Source of the DNA: a virus
Lineage: Duplodnaviria > Caudoviricetes
Direction: 5' to 3' (one strand)
IMG/VR virus record: IMGVR_UViG_3300037327_000007
Location: 1 to 34,718 of that record
Length of the DNA: 34,718 nt
This document shows, in pieces, positions 26,142 to 34,480 of the stretch. The first letter of the stretch is position 1. Each line of letters begins with the position of its first letter. The translations under genes were made by a program, and so were the position numbers. Under the pieces are notes generated by a model that was not told where the DNA came from, made no database searches, and saw only the letters and a list, made by a program, of their open reading frames with translations.

Positions 26142-26145
26142 TCAT
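25336..26145 (-). CDS. DNA (cytosine-5) methyltransferase, catalytic (alpha) polypeptide lacking a clear motif IX
   Basis: motif I LFAG.GG, IV GFPCQD.S.AG, VI LENV, VIII PH.R.RWF, X RLKGLGNA. Confidence 0.92.
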   Translation of the reverse strand: MNEIRTMHLFAGHGGGLLADLILGHRPVVAVEWDRYACQVLRERAYDGWFPGLRVHEGDVTLFDPSEYAGVVDIIHAGFPCQDISVAGKQSGVHEGTRSGLYREVLRIAGVVRPKQLFLENVSAILSNGLGIVLGDLAKLGYDCRWLCIRASDVGAPHHRDRWFALCNAKHVGRSEFKRSSNEHALVADTECERSQRQRKHVEPEHSTQKRNWETIELEHGCSPNFWDVESDVGRVANGVPNRVHRLKGLGNAQCPLQAATAWKLLGGK

Positions 26146-26185
26146 ATCATCACTTTTGTATTTTTTCTGTTTTTCAATTGATTAG

Positions 26186-26347
26186 TCACTTTGATTCACT
26201 CTCTAATCCTATTTTGACGTAATGCAGTACTTGTGCGGCTATCGTCCTAGTATCCCGAACACTGGTTTTTCGAATAGCATTAGCCACATCAGCAGGCAAT
26301 CTAATGCTCATAAAACTTGTCTTAATTTCTTTTTTATCTAATTTCAT
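26186..26347 (-). CDS. ribbon-helix-helix (Arc-like) DNA-binding protein (53 aa, MKLDKKEIKTSFMSIRLPADVANAIRKTSVRDTRTIAAQVLHYVKIGLESESK); not in the ORF track
   Basis: SIRLP..V...IR......R...AQV.HY...GL ribbon-helix-helix pattern. Confidence 0.7.
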   Translation of the reverse strand: MKLDKKEIKTSFMSIRLPADVANAIRKTSVRDTRTIAAQVLHYVKIGLESESK

Positions 26348-26680
26348 GTGTTTTTTTCTTTTAAAAAATCAGTTAGTTTCTGTTTGCTTTGCAATGAATG
26401 CTGCTTGAAAAAATAAAGCTATTTTTTCAAAGTCGTCAATCTTGCATAGGTCGCAATCCTCAATGCCATTTTCTGATTGCCAGATTTTACTAACGTCTGC
26501 ACTTGTCAGCATCACCCACGGCGCAATGACTGGCTGTTCAAGCCTATCTTCCATATCACCGATAGTCTGCATTAAATATAAATTCGTATGATCTAACGGT
26601 CCAAATGCAGTAACAACAGCTTGCATTAATTCTCTATCAGTCATGTGTTTCTCTTCTTTAAAAAATCAGTTACTTTCTGT
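26344..26680. repeat. imperfect 40-bp direct repeats (26344-26383 and 26641-26680, 35/40 identical) flanking ORF 26369-26644
   Basis: tcatgtgttt.....tttaaaaaatcagtta.tttctgt at both positions. Confidence 0.8.
26369..26644 (-). CDS. hypothetical accessory protein (91 aa)
   Basis: MTDRELMQ start and W..LT motif typical of small phage early proteins; ATGA-coupled. Confidence 0.7.
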   Translation of the reverse strand: MTDRELMQAVVTAFGPLDHTNLYLMQTIGDMEDRLEQPVIAPWVMLTSADVSKIWQSENGIEDCDLCKIDDFEKIALFFQAAFIAKQTETN

Positions 26681-26994
26681 CTAGCGTCAATCTCACCAAT
26701 TCCGACTATACAACAATATCCCACACCTTCAAGGTAAAGAATAATCCTTTTTTGATCTTTGCTAACAGAGCCTCCTTTTTGCCTTTTCATTTCTACCCAA
26801 AGCTTGAACTCCGGTATGAACAAATCAGGGACTCCCGCGACTACCCCCTCAACTTTCAATTTCGCAGCAGCTACGGGGCTCCTAACGCCCCCATTGGGCA
26901 CTGCAAAAATCAAAACCCCAGGGTAAGTTTTTCTAAACCACGAGACAAAATTACGCTGCTCAAAATGTTCGCTCGGTGTATCGTTAATTGTCAT
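26641..26994 (-). CDS. VRR-NUC domain nuclease
   Basis: SEH.EQ...V.WF, AVPNGG.R, K.EGV.AGVPDL, VEMK...GG..S..Q. Confidence 0.9.
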   Translation of the reverse strand: MTINDTPSEHFEQRNFVSWFRKTYPGVLIFAVPNGGVRSPVAAAKLKVEGVVAGVPDLFIPEFKLWVEMKRQKGGSVSKDQKRIILYLEGVGYCCIVGIGEIDARQKVTDFLKKRNT

Positions 26995-28589
26995 TTCCAA
27001 ACCCTTTTATTGACTTTAAAAAACTTGCCTTCTTTTATGAAATTTATTTCGCTAGGGCAAACAGAGTGATTCATCACATCTGCCATTTCAGCAATACGAT
27101 CTAATTTATCCATTGCATGGCCTAGCTTTCCCCCTGACTTTTCAGCAATATCGCCAAGAAGTTTTATTGATTTTTCCCCAGCATATCCGCTGTGCAAGAT
27201 ACACAAATACTCAGTTACAGGCGTATCACTTAAACAGCCAAAGTAAGTAACTGCTAACATCTCTTTGCCAGTTGTTTTGCTCATGTGTGACCTCCAAGCC
27301 CATCTAGTAACATCAAAAACAGTAGGGCCACCCATGATGCAAGTCGTACTCAAATTTAAAATAGTTTCTTTTGGTACCGGAAATAAAGTACCACAAGCTG
27401 GGCATACTTTAGCTGATATGTGTACAAGCTCAGAGCACGTATCGCACATCTTTACCGGTGCTTCTCCTCCTCCGCTGCCTTTCTGCTTTGGCGGTGTGAT
27501 GTTAACAATCGGGCCATGAGTTGCGACTACTCCAGCAAAATCCAGCACCAAGCAATTTTCCTTACCTTTAAATGGCCTCATTCCTCTGACAGCCATCTGT
27601 AAATAAAGACCTGGTGACATAGTTGAGCGCAAGAAAACAATGCAATCTAAAGCGGGAAAATCATATCCAGTAGTTAATATTCCAACGTTACACAAAGCAC
27701 GTATCTGACCAGTCTCAAACCGCATTAAAACCTCATCACGCTCCGCGCTAGTCGCGTTGCTGCTAAGAGATGCAGCAGGGATACCGCAATCTATTAACTG
27801 CTGCGCTATCGCCTCGGAATGAGCAATGCCAGAGCAAAAAATCAGCCAGTGTTTTCTGTCGTCTGCCTTTTCAATAATCTCACTAACAACCCTTCCATTG
27901 TTGTTATCAGTGTTGTACGACAACTCCATCTCTTTCAGCTTAAATTCACCAGCTAGCTTATGCAGTTTTGATGCGTCAAGTTTTAAACTTGTTGACTTGC
28001 TTCTGAGCGTGCATAAATGTCCCTTTTCTATCAACTCATTTATCTTTATTGGCTCAATAATCGAAGAAAAAAGCGCATCATCACCCTCTGTAATCATGCC
28101 AGATCCAAGTCGGTAAGGGCTAGCGCTTAAACCTACAATTCGTATTCCCGGATTTATTTCTGTTAGATCAGATATTAACTTGCGATAAGTTCCTGATTCT
28201 GTGTGCGAAACGCAGTGCACTTCGTCAATGATAATTAAGTCTATATGTCCCAACTCTTTGGCTTTTTTACCTATGCTTTGAATTCCAGCGTAAGTAATTG
28301 GTTCGCTTAAATTCTTTTTATTTAAACTGGCGCTGTATATACCCAAGGGCGCATTGGGCCATAGCTTTCTAAGCTTTTCAGCATTTTGTGCAATCAATTC
28401 TTTTGAATGCACCAGCATCAAAACTCTGGTATCTGGCCAAGCCTCGAGAGCGCCTCTCACTAGCTCTGCTATAACCAAAGATTTTCCGCTACCGCCAGGC
28501 ATAGACAAAACTGGATTACCTGTTTCATTTTCATCAAACCAGGCGTATAGCATTTCAATGGCCCGGCGCTGATAATCTCTTAATATCAT
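26991..28589 (-). CDS. superfamily 2 (DEAD/DEAH, RadD/YejH-like) helicase with C-terminal zinc finger
   Basis: LRDYQ, GSGKS, DEVH, SASP, LTTGYD.P, Q..R..R, CxxC...CxxC. Confidence 0.92.
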   Translation of the reverse strand: MILRDYQRRAIEMLYAWFDENETGNPVLSMPGGSGKSLVIAELVRGALEAWPDTRVLMLVHSKELIAQNAEKLRKLWPNAPLGIYSASLNKKNLSEPITYAGIQSIGKKAKELGHIDLIIIDEVHCVSHTESGTYRKLISDLTEINPGIRIVGLSASPYRLGSGMITEGDDALFSSIIEPIKINELIEKGHLCTLRSKSTSLKLDASKLHKLAGEFKLKEMELSYNTDNNNGRVVSEIIEKADDRKHWLIFCSGIAHSEAIAQQLIDCGIPAASLSSNATSAERDEVLMRFETGQIRALCNVGILTTGYDFPALDCIVFLRSTMSPGLYLQMAVRGMRPFKGKENCLVLDFAGVVATHGPIVNITPPKQKGSGGGEAPVKMCDTCSELVHISAKVCPACGTLFPVPKETILNLSTTCIMGGPTVFDVTRWAWRSHMSKTTGKEMLAVTYFGCLSDTPVTEYLCILHSGYAGEKSIKLLGDIAEKSGGKLGHAMDKLDRIAEMADVMNHSVCPSEINFIKEGKFFKVNKRVWK

Positions 28590-29605
28590 CCCACAACCTT
28601 AGCATAAAATATTCTGCGAAGTTCTCTCACTTCTTCATCATCTAAAGTACAACCAGCTGGGTTGGCTAAAATCTCTTTTGATGAGTAGACATTGTCTGAA
28701 AACTCTCCATTAAAAACAATCTTGCCGTTTATCTCATAAGCTGCTGTCATATCGTCCGGGCTTTCAGCTTGTTTCCACGGCACTAAGTCGGGATGCAAAA
28801 CATGACTATCGCATCCGCTAAGCTGAGCCTCAAAGGGTATAATGTCATCCCACTTTTTACAGTGCCAAGTATCATCTGATAAAGATGTTGAGTGCGCGCA
28901 GGTACGGCAATTAACATGCTCAGTTAATTTTGTTTCATGACAGAATTTATGCGCAGAGCAAAACCTGCACTCGAACCATGTGGGGTCTGTAGACAAAGGT
29001 TCGGGCATACGATCAGTCAATGCAATCCGCTGACCTCGAGCAATATATTTCTGTGCTGCATCATGTTCGTATTCTAAAATCTCTGTGTACATTTCATCGG
29101 TATTTTTACAAATAGCTACATACATGGCCTTGTGTATGCCAGTACCTGCCATGTAAATTTGAGTTTGTACCCAGTGCTCGAACTTTGCTTTTTTTACACC
29201 TTCTTTGACAACTTTATCAAAAGACTTTTGACCTTGAGTTTTGAACTCGCTTATGTACTTTGATTTTTCGTCTCCCGGCATTCCGCTATCAATGATTGCA
29301 TCAAGACTACCTGATACGTGAGAGCCAAATGTTACTCTTTCTTGCGCGTTAACTTCTCTGACTTTAAGACCGATTGATCGTAAGTCCTTAATGATATTTG
29401 GCTCCTCTTCTCGTCCTCGCCTAAACAGCCTGAGAATTCTTCCCGGGAACTGTGGCTGTACAGCCCAGCGGAATGAAAGCCATAGCCATCTATCGCAAGC
29501 ATGGCCCAAAGCAGAAGCACCCATGTGCGGCCTCGGCTGCTCTTTAATGGATTCATGTTGGTTGTCAATTAGTGTTTGGATAAGGTCTGGTTTTTTTATT
29601 GTCAT
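28586..29605 (-). CDS. Cas4-like PD-(D/E)XK exonuclease
   Basis: likely start is ATG 29605; G.S.LG..C.R.LW, GSLD, EFK, Q.Q.YM, CRFC.....C and CRTC.H. Confidence 0.85.
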   Translation of the reverse strand: MTIKKPDLIQTLIDNQHESIKEQPRPHMGASALGHACDRWLWLSFRWAVQPQFPGRILRLFRRGREEEPNIIKDLRSIGLKVREVNAQERVTFGSHVSGSLDAIIDSGMPGDEKSKYISEFKTQGQKSFDKVVKEGVKKAKFEHWVQTQIYMAGTGIHKAMYVAICKNTDEMYTEILEYEHDAAQKYIARGQRIALTDRMPEPLSTDPTWFECRFCSAHKFCHETKLTEHVNCRTCAHSTSLSDDTWHCKKWDDIIPFEAQLSGCDSHVLHPDLVPWKQAESPDDMTAAYEINGKIVFNGEFSDNVYSSKEILANPAGCTLDDEEVRELRRIFYAKVVG

Positions 29606-29793
29606 TCTGTATCCTCTGGCTTTGTAATAGCTTTTAAATAAAAAGGGCCTAATCGCTTTTCGTTTCCCGGAAACAATTCCCATTGGCCAGCTTCTATAGA
29701 AAATCCATCTTTTGTTACCACGTCGCAAAACTCTAAAGAATTTTGTATGGAACCAATAAATTGGATATACACGGGTGTTTGTTTGTTAATCAT
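29602..29793 (-). CDS. hypothetical accessory protein (63 aa)
   Basis: AGAGGA RBS; ATGA-coupled at both ends. Confidence 0.65.
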   Translation of the reverse strand: MINKQTPVYIQFIGSIQNSLEFCDVVTKDGFSIEAGQWELFPGNEKRLGPFYLKAITKPEDTE

Positions 29794-29810
29794 TCTGTAT
29801 CCTCTGGCTT
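29602..29810. repeat. 21-bp perfect direct repeats (29602-29622 and 29790-29810) flanking ORF 29602-29793
   Basis: tcattctgtatcctctggctt occurs twice; both adjacent proteins end in KPEDTE. Confidence 0.9.
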
Positions 29811-30026
29811 AAACATTACTTCGCGCATGCTGTATCTCGTTATATCTACGCTATCTGGATTTGTTATAAAAACCATTTTTCCATGTGAGTCATATCCAAT
29901 CCAACCTAATGCTGGCGGCTCTGGCTTTAAAAACTTTATAAATCCTTTTGTTGAACCAACAGTAAATCCGTGTACAAACATTTTTTCTGCAATCTGCTCT
30001 ATCGTGTATGTTGTTTCGGTTGTCAT
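29790..30026 (-). CDS. hypothetical accessory protein (78 aa)
   Basis: ORF in operon orientation, coupled to the downstream gene. Confidence 0.65.
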   Translation of the reverse strand: MTTETTYTIEQIAEKMFVHGFTVGSTKGFIKFLKPEPPALGWIGYDSHGKMVFITNPDSVDITRYSMREVMFKPEDTE

Positions 30027-30035
30027 TCTTTGTCT

Positions 30036-30060
30036 TTTTAAAACCCGGCGTTAACCGGGT
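30036..30060 (-). terminator. candidate terminator/hairpin after the SSB-like gene
   Basis: ACCCGG-TTAACG-CCGGGT followed by TTT on the minus strand. Confidence 0.5.
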
Positions 30061-30070
30061 ATTTGTTTAA

Positions 30071-30553
30071 TTAACGTTTAGCCCAAGGTGCAGCAGATGA
30101 CTTAGCGCCAGTCTGCGGCATAGCTGGCTTTGGCATTGCTGAAGCATTACCTGCTACTGCCTTGAAGCCTTTAATGTCGTTTGAGTCACCGTACTGCTCA
30201 GACTTACGCGTGCTTAATTTAATGCTCAAATTGCCGCCGATAAGCTGGTCTGTATCTGTGATTTTTGGCACACCGATTGACATAAGAATCTGACCCAATT
30301 GCTCACGAGCAATCTCTTCCGCTTTGGGGTTTGGGTTCTTCAAATTAAGATTTCCAAAAACTACACGTCCTTCATGTTTTGGCCCTGTGATGCTGTATTT
30401 AATAGCTACATACTCGCCAGTTCCGGCTTTTGTTTCTTTGATTTCTGCGCCGGTAATTGTTGCGCTATACCATCCGTCGGGTAACACATCAAAGCTTGTC
30501 TGCTGTGATTTCGGAAGGTCTGCAACGTCGTAGGATTGATTTAAAAATGCCAT
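30071..30553 (-). CDS. DUF669-family putative single-stranded DNA-binding protein
   Basis: F..LP.GWY...I...E.K.TK.G.G.Y, GR..F.NLNL.N.N.KA..IA, C-terminal APW. Confidence 0.85.
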   Translation of the reverse strand: MAFLNQSYDVADLPKSQQTSFDVLPDGWYSATITGAEIKETKAGTGEYVAIKYSITGPKHEGRVVFGNLNLKNPNPKAEEIAREQLGQILMSIGVPKITDTDQLIGGNLSIKLSTRKSEQYGDSNDIKGFKAVAGNASAMPKPAMPQTGAKSSAAPWAKR

Positions 30554-30559
30554 GATTAT

Positions 30560-30943
30560 TTACTCTTTAATATTGATTGAAAATGAAGGACGACCGGATT
30601 TTGATGTTATTGCACCCAAAAGCGGTTTTGTTACTGACTCGTCAGTCTTAGACCATGCAGAAGCGTTTATCTCAGCACTCCAGCGAAAAAGTACACTCAA
30701 ATGATCTTCAAGACCAGCCTCTAGGGCTAGCTCTTGCAAAAGGTCTTTGTCAACTTTACGTGTGATTCTTGTTGTTACTTTTATTAATTTTGTTCCGTTT
30801 CCTAATGTTTTAACTCCCTCTTCTAAATTTGTAATTTGTTCTAACTCAATAATTTTGTCTTCTATTTCCCTGCGCTTTGTAGTCGCATAATTTTCTTTGT
30901 CTTTGTAAGAAGACCATTGTTCAATTAATTCGTTAATTGTCAT
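30560..30943 (-). CDS. conserved hypothetical protein of the recombination module
   Basis: W...K..E......RR.IED, RKVD, FRW..EI....W and RPSF motifs; lies between the ATPase and SSB genes. Confidence 0.75.
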   Translation of the reverse strand: MTINELIEQWSSYKDKENYATTKRREIEDKIIELEQITNLEEGVKTLGNGTKLIKVTTRITRKVDKDLLQELALEAGLEDHLSVLFRWSAEINASAWSKTDESVTKPLLGAITSKSGRPSFSINIKE

Positions 30944-31317
30944 TGTTTATTTTCCTATCGAATATTGTTGACTTTCGTAATCTTTGCAATGTAAGCAAAA
31001 CCCACAATTATCACAATCTTCGCAATATGAGCAACCTTGGCAAACTTCGCAACCTTCGCAACCTAAGCAATTATCACAAGCTTCACAATCTTTACAACTT
31101 TTGCAATCTGTGCAATCTAGACATAATTCGCAACCTACGCAAATTATGCAACCTATGCAATTTGTGCAATCTGTGCAATCTTTACAACCAACGCAGTAAA
31201 AGTTATTACCCTCGTCCATTTTCATAGCTTGGTTATCAGCAGCTTCTTGCGATATTTTTGAAGTACCTACATTTCCGTTCTTTGTTTTTTCGCTTGTAAA
31301 CATTGTTTATTTTCCTA
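30941..31317. repeat. 17-bp perfect direct repeats (30941-30957 and 31301-31317) flanking the Cys-rich gene
   Basis: cattgtttattttccta occurs twice (minus strand TAGGAAAATAAACAATG). Confidence 0.9.
30947..31303 (-). CDS. Cys-rich (Cxx)24 repeat protein
   Basis: 24 Cys at exact 3-residue spacing; TAGGA RBS. Confidence 0.75.
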   Translation of the reverse strand: MFTSEKTKNGNVGTSKISQEAADNQAMKMDEGNNFYCVGCKDCTDCTNCIGCIICVGCELCLDCTDCKSCKDCEACDNCLGCEGCEVCQGCSYCEDCDNCGFCLHCKDYESQQYSIGK

Positions 31318-31981
31318 AAATTTTGTTGATAATTAAACCCAAATCTGGCGCTTCCCATTGATCTAATTTTCCGCTTCTGTCCTTTGCTAACCAGAGGCCA
31401 TCACTATCACACATTAAAGCGCGGTGTGACTGACCGTCTTCTGATTTTTCAATCCGAAGCGCCAATACCTCATCAAAAAAGTAAGGCAAGCTCTGACCGG
31501 TTTTATTCCCTGGCATAGAAGGTGCATATAAGATACGACCCATTTCGTCGCTAGTCTTTTCAAGCTTTGCAGACATGTAAACATGCCGGTTTGGCAGGTC
31601 ACGAAACAAACGGATGATGTCAGCCATTTGTTCTTGCATATTGCCATAAGCAGCGCGGGGGTCTTTTGTGGCTTTCTTTTCATAGCTCAAAACCACTTCT
31701 GCAATCTCGCTTATTGAATCAATAGCTACTGACTCAAAGTCCTTGGACTCAGCGCTATCTGCCAGCCAGTTGTAGGCCTCTTTAAGGCTTGCCATGTCCT
31801 TAATTTCAACGAATGGTAGGTCAGCACCTTGGATAGACAATAGACCGCCCTCGGCCGACAATACGATCGGATTAGGCAATGTGGCAATGAGGCTAGTTTT
31901 TCCAGCTCCAGCAGCGCCGTAAGCCAAAAGCTTAACGAAATGTGCTTCTAGCGAGCCCGTTCGTTTTAGATTGATAGCCAT
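31307..31981 (-). CDS. AAA_24 / Sak4-like P-loop NTPase (recombination)
   Basis: YG.AG.GKT, LS.EGG, IDSISE, LPYFFD and AKDRSGKL motifs. Confidence 0.88.
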   Translation of the reverse strand: MAINLKRTGSLEAHFVKLLAYGAAGAGKTSLIATLPNPIVLSAEGGLLSIQGADLPFVEIKDMASLKEAYNWLADSAESKDFESVAIDSISEIAEVVLSYEKKATKDPRAAYGNMQEQMADIIRLFRDLPNRHVYMSAKLEKTSDEMGRILYAPSMPGNKTGQSLPYFFDEVLALRIEKSEDGQSHRALMCDSDGLWLAKDRSGKLDQWEAPDLGLIINKILGK

Positions 31982-32202
31982 TATGTTAAATTCCTTTTTG
32001 TATCATTGTTGCGTTCCCACAAAAACGCTGTCGACGGTTTTGCGCCATTGTTTGTAAGTTGCAGCTCTGTGTATTCAACAGATGAACGCCCAGGCCCTAC
32101 ATACAACCCCGGATTACTGTAATGAGGTAGATACGTTATTTCTCCGAGCCTGAAAACTTTTTGCTTTTCAAGCCGCATTATTTCATTGCCACTGTTACCC
32201 AT
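31981..32202 (-). CDS. hypothetical protein (73 aa)
   Basis: AAGGG upstream; TAATG-coupled to the ATPase gene. Confidence 0.65.
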   Translation of the reverse strand: MGNSGNEIMRLEKQKVFRLGEITYLPHYSNPGLYVGPGRSSVEYTELQLTNNGAKPSTAFLWERNNDTKRNLT

Positions 32203-32239
32203 AATTAACCCTTAAATGATGCGAATATCAGTAAATATG

Positions 32240-32290
32240 TTTGTCGCTGATGAAATCATAGCACCTTATTTATGATAAAGTAAACCCGTT
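32240..32290 (-). promoter_or_regulatory. candidate leftward sigma70 promoter in the divergent control region
   Basis: minus strand TTTACT-18 nt-TATGAT with extended TG (TGCTATGAT at 32263-32255). Confidence 0.45.
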
Positions 32291-32318
32291 CAAGAAAATT
32301 TTTTTTTAAAGGCAAAAA

Positions 32319-32492
32319 ATGTTAAGCGTAGACCAAATTAAGAGCAGATTAAAAGATTCAAATTTAAAGCGTGTAGCTATAGCCTCCGGTGTAGACAAAG
32401 GGGTTGTGTATAGATTTATGGCTGGAAAAACAGAGCCTCTATATAAGACAGTCAAGGCTTTGTCTGACTACTTGCAAGCCGCCAGTGTCTGA
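32319..32492 (+). CDS. Cro/XRE-like helix-turn-helix regulator (57 aa, MLSVDQIKSRLKDSNLKRVAIASGVDKGVVYRFMAGKTEPLYKTVKALSDYLQAASV); not in the ORF track
   Basis: HTH pattern L..VA..SGV....VYRF..G...P...TV..L; AAGG RBS; first gene of the rightward unit. Confidence 0.85.
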   Translation: MLSVDQIKSRLKDSNLKRVAIASGVDKGVVYRFMAGKTEPLYKTVKALSDYLQAASV

Positions 32493-32499
32493 GGTAACT

Positions 32500-34449
32500 A
32501 TGACTATTACTCAAAGGCACTCTAATCTAGAAGCCGCGCTTTTTTACGCGCAAATTGGCTGGAAAGTATTTCCTATAACGCCGGGTCAAAAGTTCCCGCT
32601 TGCCAAATCTCACGGTAAAGATGACGCATCGAATGACCCAGCTGTTATAAATGACTGGTTCAGCGGATACCCAGAGCGTAATGTAGCAGTTGCGATGGGG
32701 CCAGGCTCAGGTGTTATGGCTTTCGACATTGACCCTAAAAATCTTGGAGATATAAGCTGGGACAAGTGGATTGACGAAAACGGGAAAGTTCCGGGCGGCA
32801 TTACTCAAATTTCACCCAGCGGCGGCTTTCATCACATTGCTAAATATGACGATAGATTCAGCTCTGACGACTTTATCCCTGGCGTTGACCTACAGTCAAA
32901 GGATGCTTACCTTCTTGTCTATCCATCCAAAATCAGGGTAGAGGGCGGCGGCTACAAATATTACGAATGGGAAGGCGAAGGAGACCCGTGGGATGGCGTA
33001 ATTCCTTTTGTAGTGCCTGACCCTTGGGTGGTAGCTTACGAAGCTCTTAAAGGCTCTCCTAAACAGCGCGGTGATTCATCTGGTTTCTCTGTCATACCAG
33101 AAGGCGCAAGAGACAAGACATTAACTGCCCTAGCCGGCCACTTGCAGAGAATCGGACTTCCAGAGAACGCTATGCGTGCAGCGCTTGACTCGGTTAATGC
33201 TGATGTATGCAATCCTCCAATGCGCAGCCAGCAGGTAGACAAAATTATCAAGTCCGTAGCAAGGTACGAGCCAGACTTTGATTTCATTGAAGCGCAGCAA
33301 CGCGGTATCTCTTCTGTCGAAGCACTGTTTAATAAGCCGGTGCACATAGAGCAAAACATCATTGACAAGCTGCAAACAGTATGCGGCAGCGACTTATCAG
33401 ACGAGTACGAAGCACCAGATGAACTTGTCGAGGGGCTATTTTGTATCGGAAGCCTAGTTGTTGTCTACGGCGATTCAAACAGCGGTAAAACATTCTGGGC
33501 CTTGTCTGTAGCTACAGCGATAGCGACTGGCGATAGATGCTACGGCCGCCAGACAGACCAAGGCATTGTTATATACCTCGCAAGCGAAGCACCAGGCAGC
33601 ATCAGGTCGCGTATGCAAGCTATTAAAAAACATCGGGGCGTTAGCCTTGAAAATTTATACATGGTTCCGCTGCCACTTAATTTCTTCAATGGCGACGAGC
33701 ACACTGACGACGTTATTAAGCTTGTAAAAGAGATCGAAGAAAAAAGCGGCAAGAAAGTGCAACTAATTATTGGCGATACGCTAGCACGGCTCAGCTCTGG
33801 CGCAAATGAAAACTCGGGCGAAGACATGGGGCCAATCATGGATAAATTTAATCGCATATCGACCGAGATAAAGTCCGCTTTTATGCTCATCCACCACAAT
33901 GGCAAGGACGCGGCAAAAGGCGGTAGGGGTTGGAGCGGTATCCGCGCTTTTATTGACACTGAAATCGAGGTGATAGAAAAGGACGGAGTGAGGTCAGTAA
34001 CGGTCACTAAGCAGCGCGAGATGCCGAGTAAAGGCGAAGTGATCTACTTTAAGCTAGAGGTCGTTGAGATGGGTTTTAGCAAGTTTGGAGAGGTATCTAG
34101 CACCTGCGTTGCTATGCCTGACGACAACCCAGTGCCGGTTAAAAACTCTATCACTAAATCACTTTATGACGACAATGTCAGAAAAATAGAGGACGCATGG
34201 GTTAGCTCTGGAAAAGAGTACATAAATGACATGCCGTACATCACCCGCTCTGCGCTGAAAATGTATTTGGAAACTTTGGGTATGCAGGCCAGAACTATTG
34301 AAAATATGCTACAAAAAAACCGCAAAGGCAGCTTAATTTCAAAGTTGATTGAGGTCAATTACATCCAAGAAACACAGCACGGATGGACGTTTATTGACGA
34401 GAAACAAGTGTCTGCCATGGAGATAAAGTCAAGAATGAAAGCAAAATGA
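32500..34449 (+). CDS. bifunctional primase-polymerase with PriCT and AAA (RepA-like) helicase domains
   Basis: likely start is ATG 32500 (GAGGT RBS); GW.VFP, DID, T/SPSGG.H, G.R...L..LAG, YGDSNSGKT, DT, IHH.GK...RG.S. Confidence 0.9.
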   Translation: MTITQRHSNLEAALFYAQIGWKVFPITPGQKFPLAKSHGKDDASNDPAVINDWFSGYPERNVAVAMGPGSGVMAFDIDPKNLGDISWDKWIDENGKVPGGITQISPSGGFHHIAKYDDRFSSDDFIPGVDLQSKDAYLLVYPSKIRVEGGGYKYYEWEGEGDPWDGVIPFVVPDPWVVAYEALKGSPKQRGDSSGFSVIPEGARDKTLTALAGHLQRIGLPENAMRAALDSVNADVCNPPMRSQQVDKIIKSVARYEPDFDFIEAQQRGISSVEALFNKPVHIEQNIIDKLQTVCGSDLSDEYEAPDELVEGLFCIGSLVVVYGDSNSGKTFWALSVATAIATGDRCYGRQTDQGIVIYLASEAPGSIRSRMQAIKKHRGVSLENLYMVPLPLNFFNGDEHTDDVIKLVKEIEEKSGKKVQLIIGDTLARLSSGANENSGEDMGPIMDKFNRISTEIKSAFMLIHHNGKDAAKGGRGWSGIRAFIDTEIEVIEKDGVRSVTVTKQREMPSKGEVIYFKLEVVEMGFSKFGEVSSTCVAMPDDNPVPVKNSITKSLYDDNVRKIEDAWVSSGKEYINDMPYITRSALKMYLETLGMQARTIENMLQKNRKGSLISKLIEVNYIQETQHGWTFIDEKQVSAMEIKSRMKAK

Positions 34450-34480
34450 AAGGAAAATGAAAGAAATGACTTTTAAAAAG

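Noticed and set aside
28586-29605. Cas4-like gene as evidence of a CRISPR system
   Set aside because: No repeat-spacer array or other cas genes are visible; such nucleases are standard in phage recombination modules.
29606-29728. N-terminal extension of the exonuclease ORF
   Set aside because: It overlaps the 63-aa cassette gene; ATG 29605 has an RBS and ATGA coupling.
30937-31227. Plus-strand repetitive ORFs (NLCNL and QSxQ repeats)
   Set aside because: Antisense shadows of the (Cxx)n gene, which has the RBS and operon orientation.
32404-32499. N-terminal extension of the primase ORF from TTG 32404
   Set aside because: It overlaps the Cro-like gene; ATG 32500 has a GAGGT RBS.
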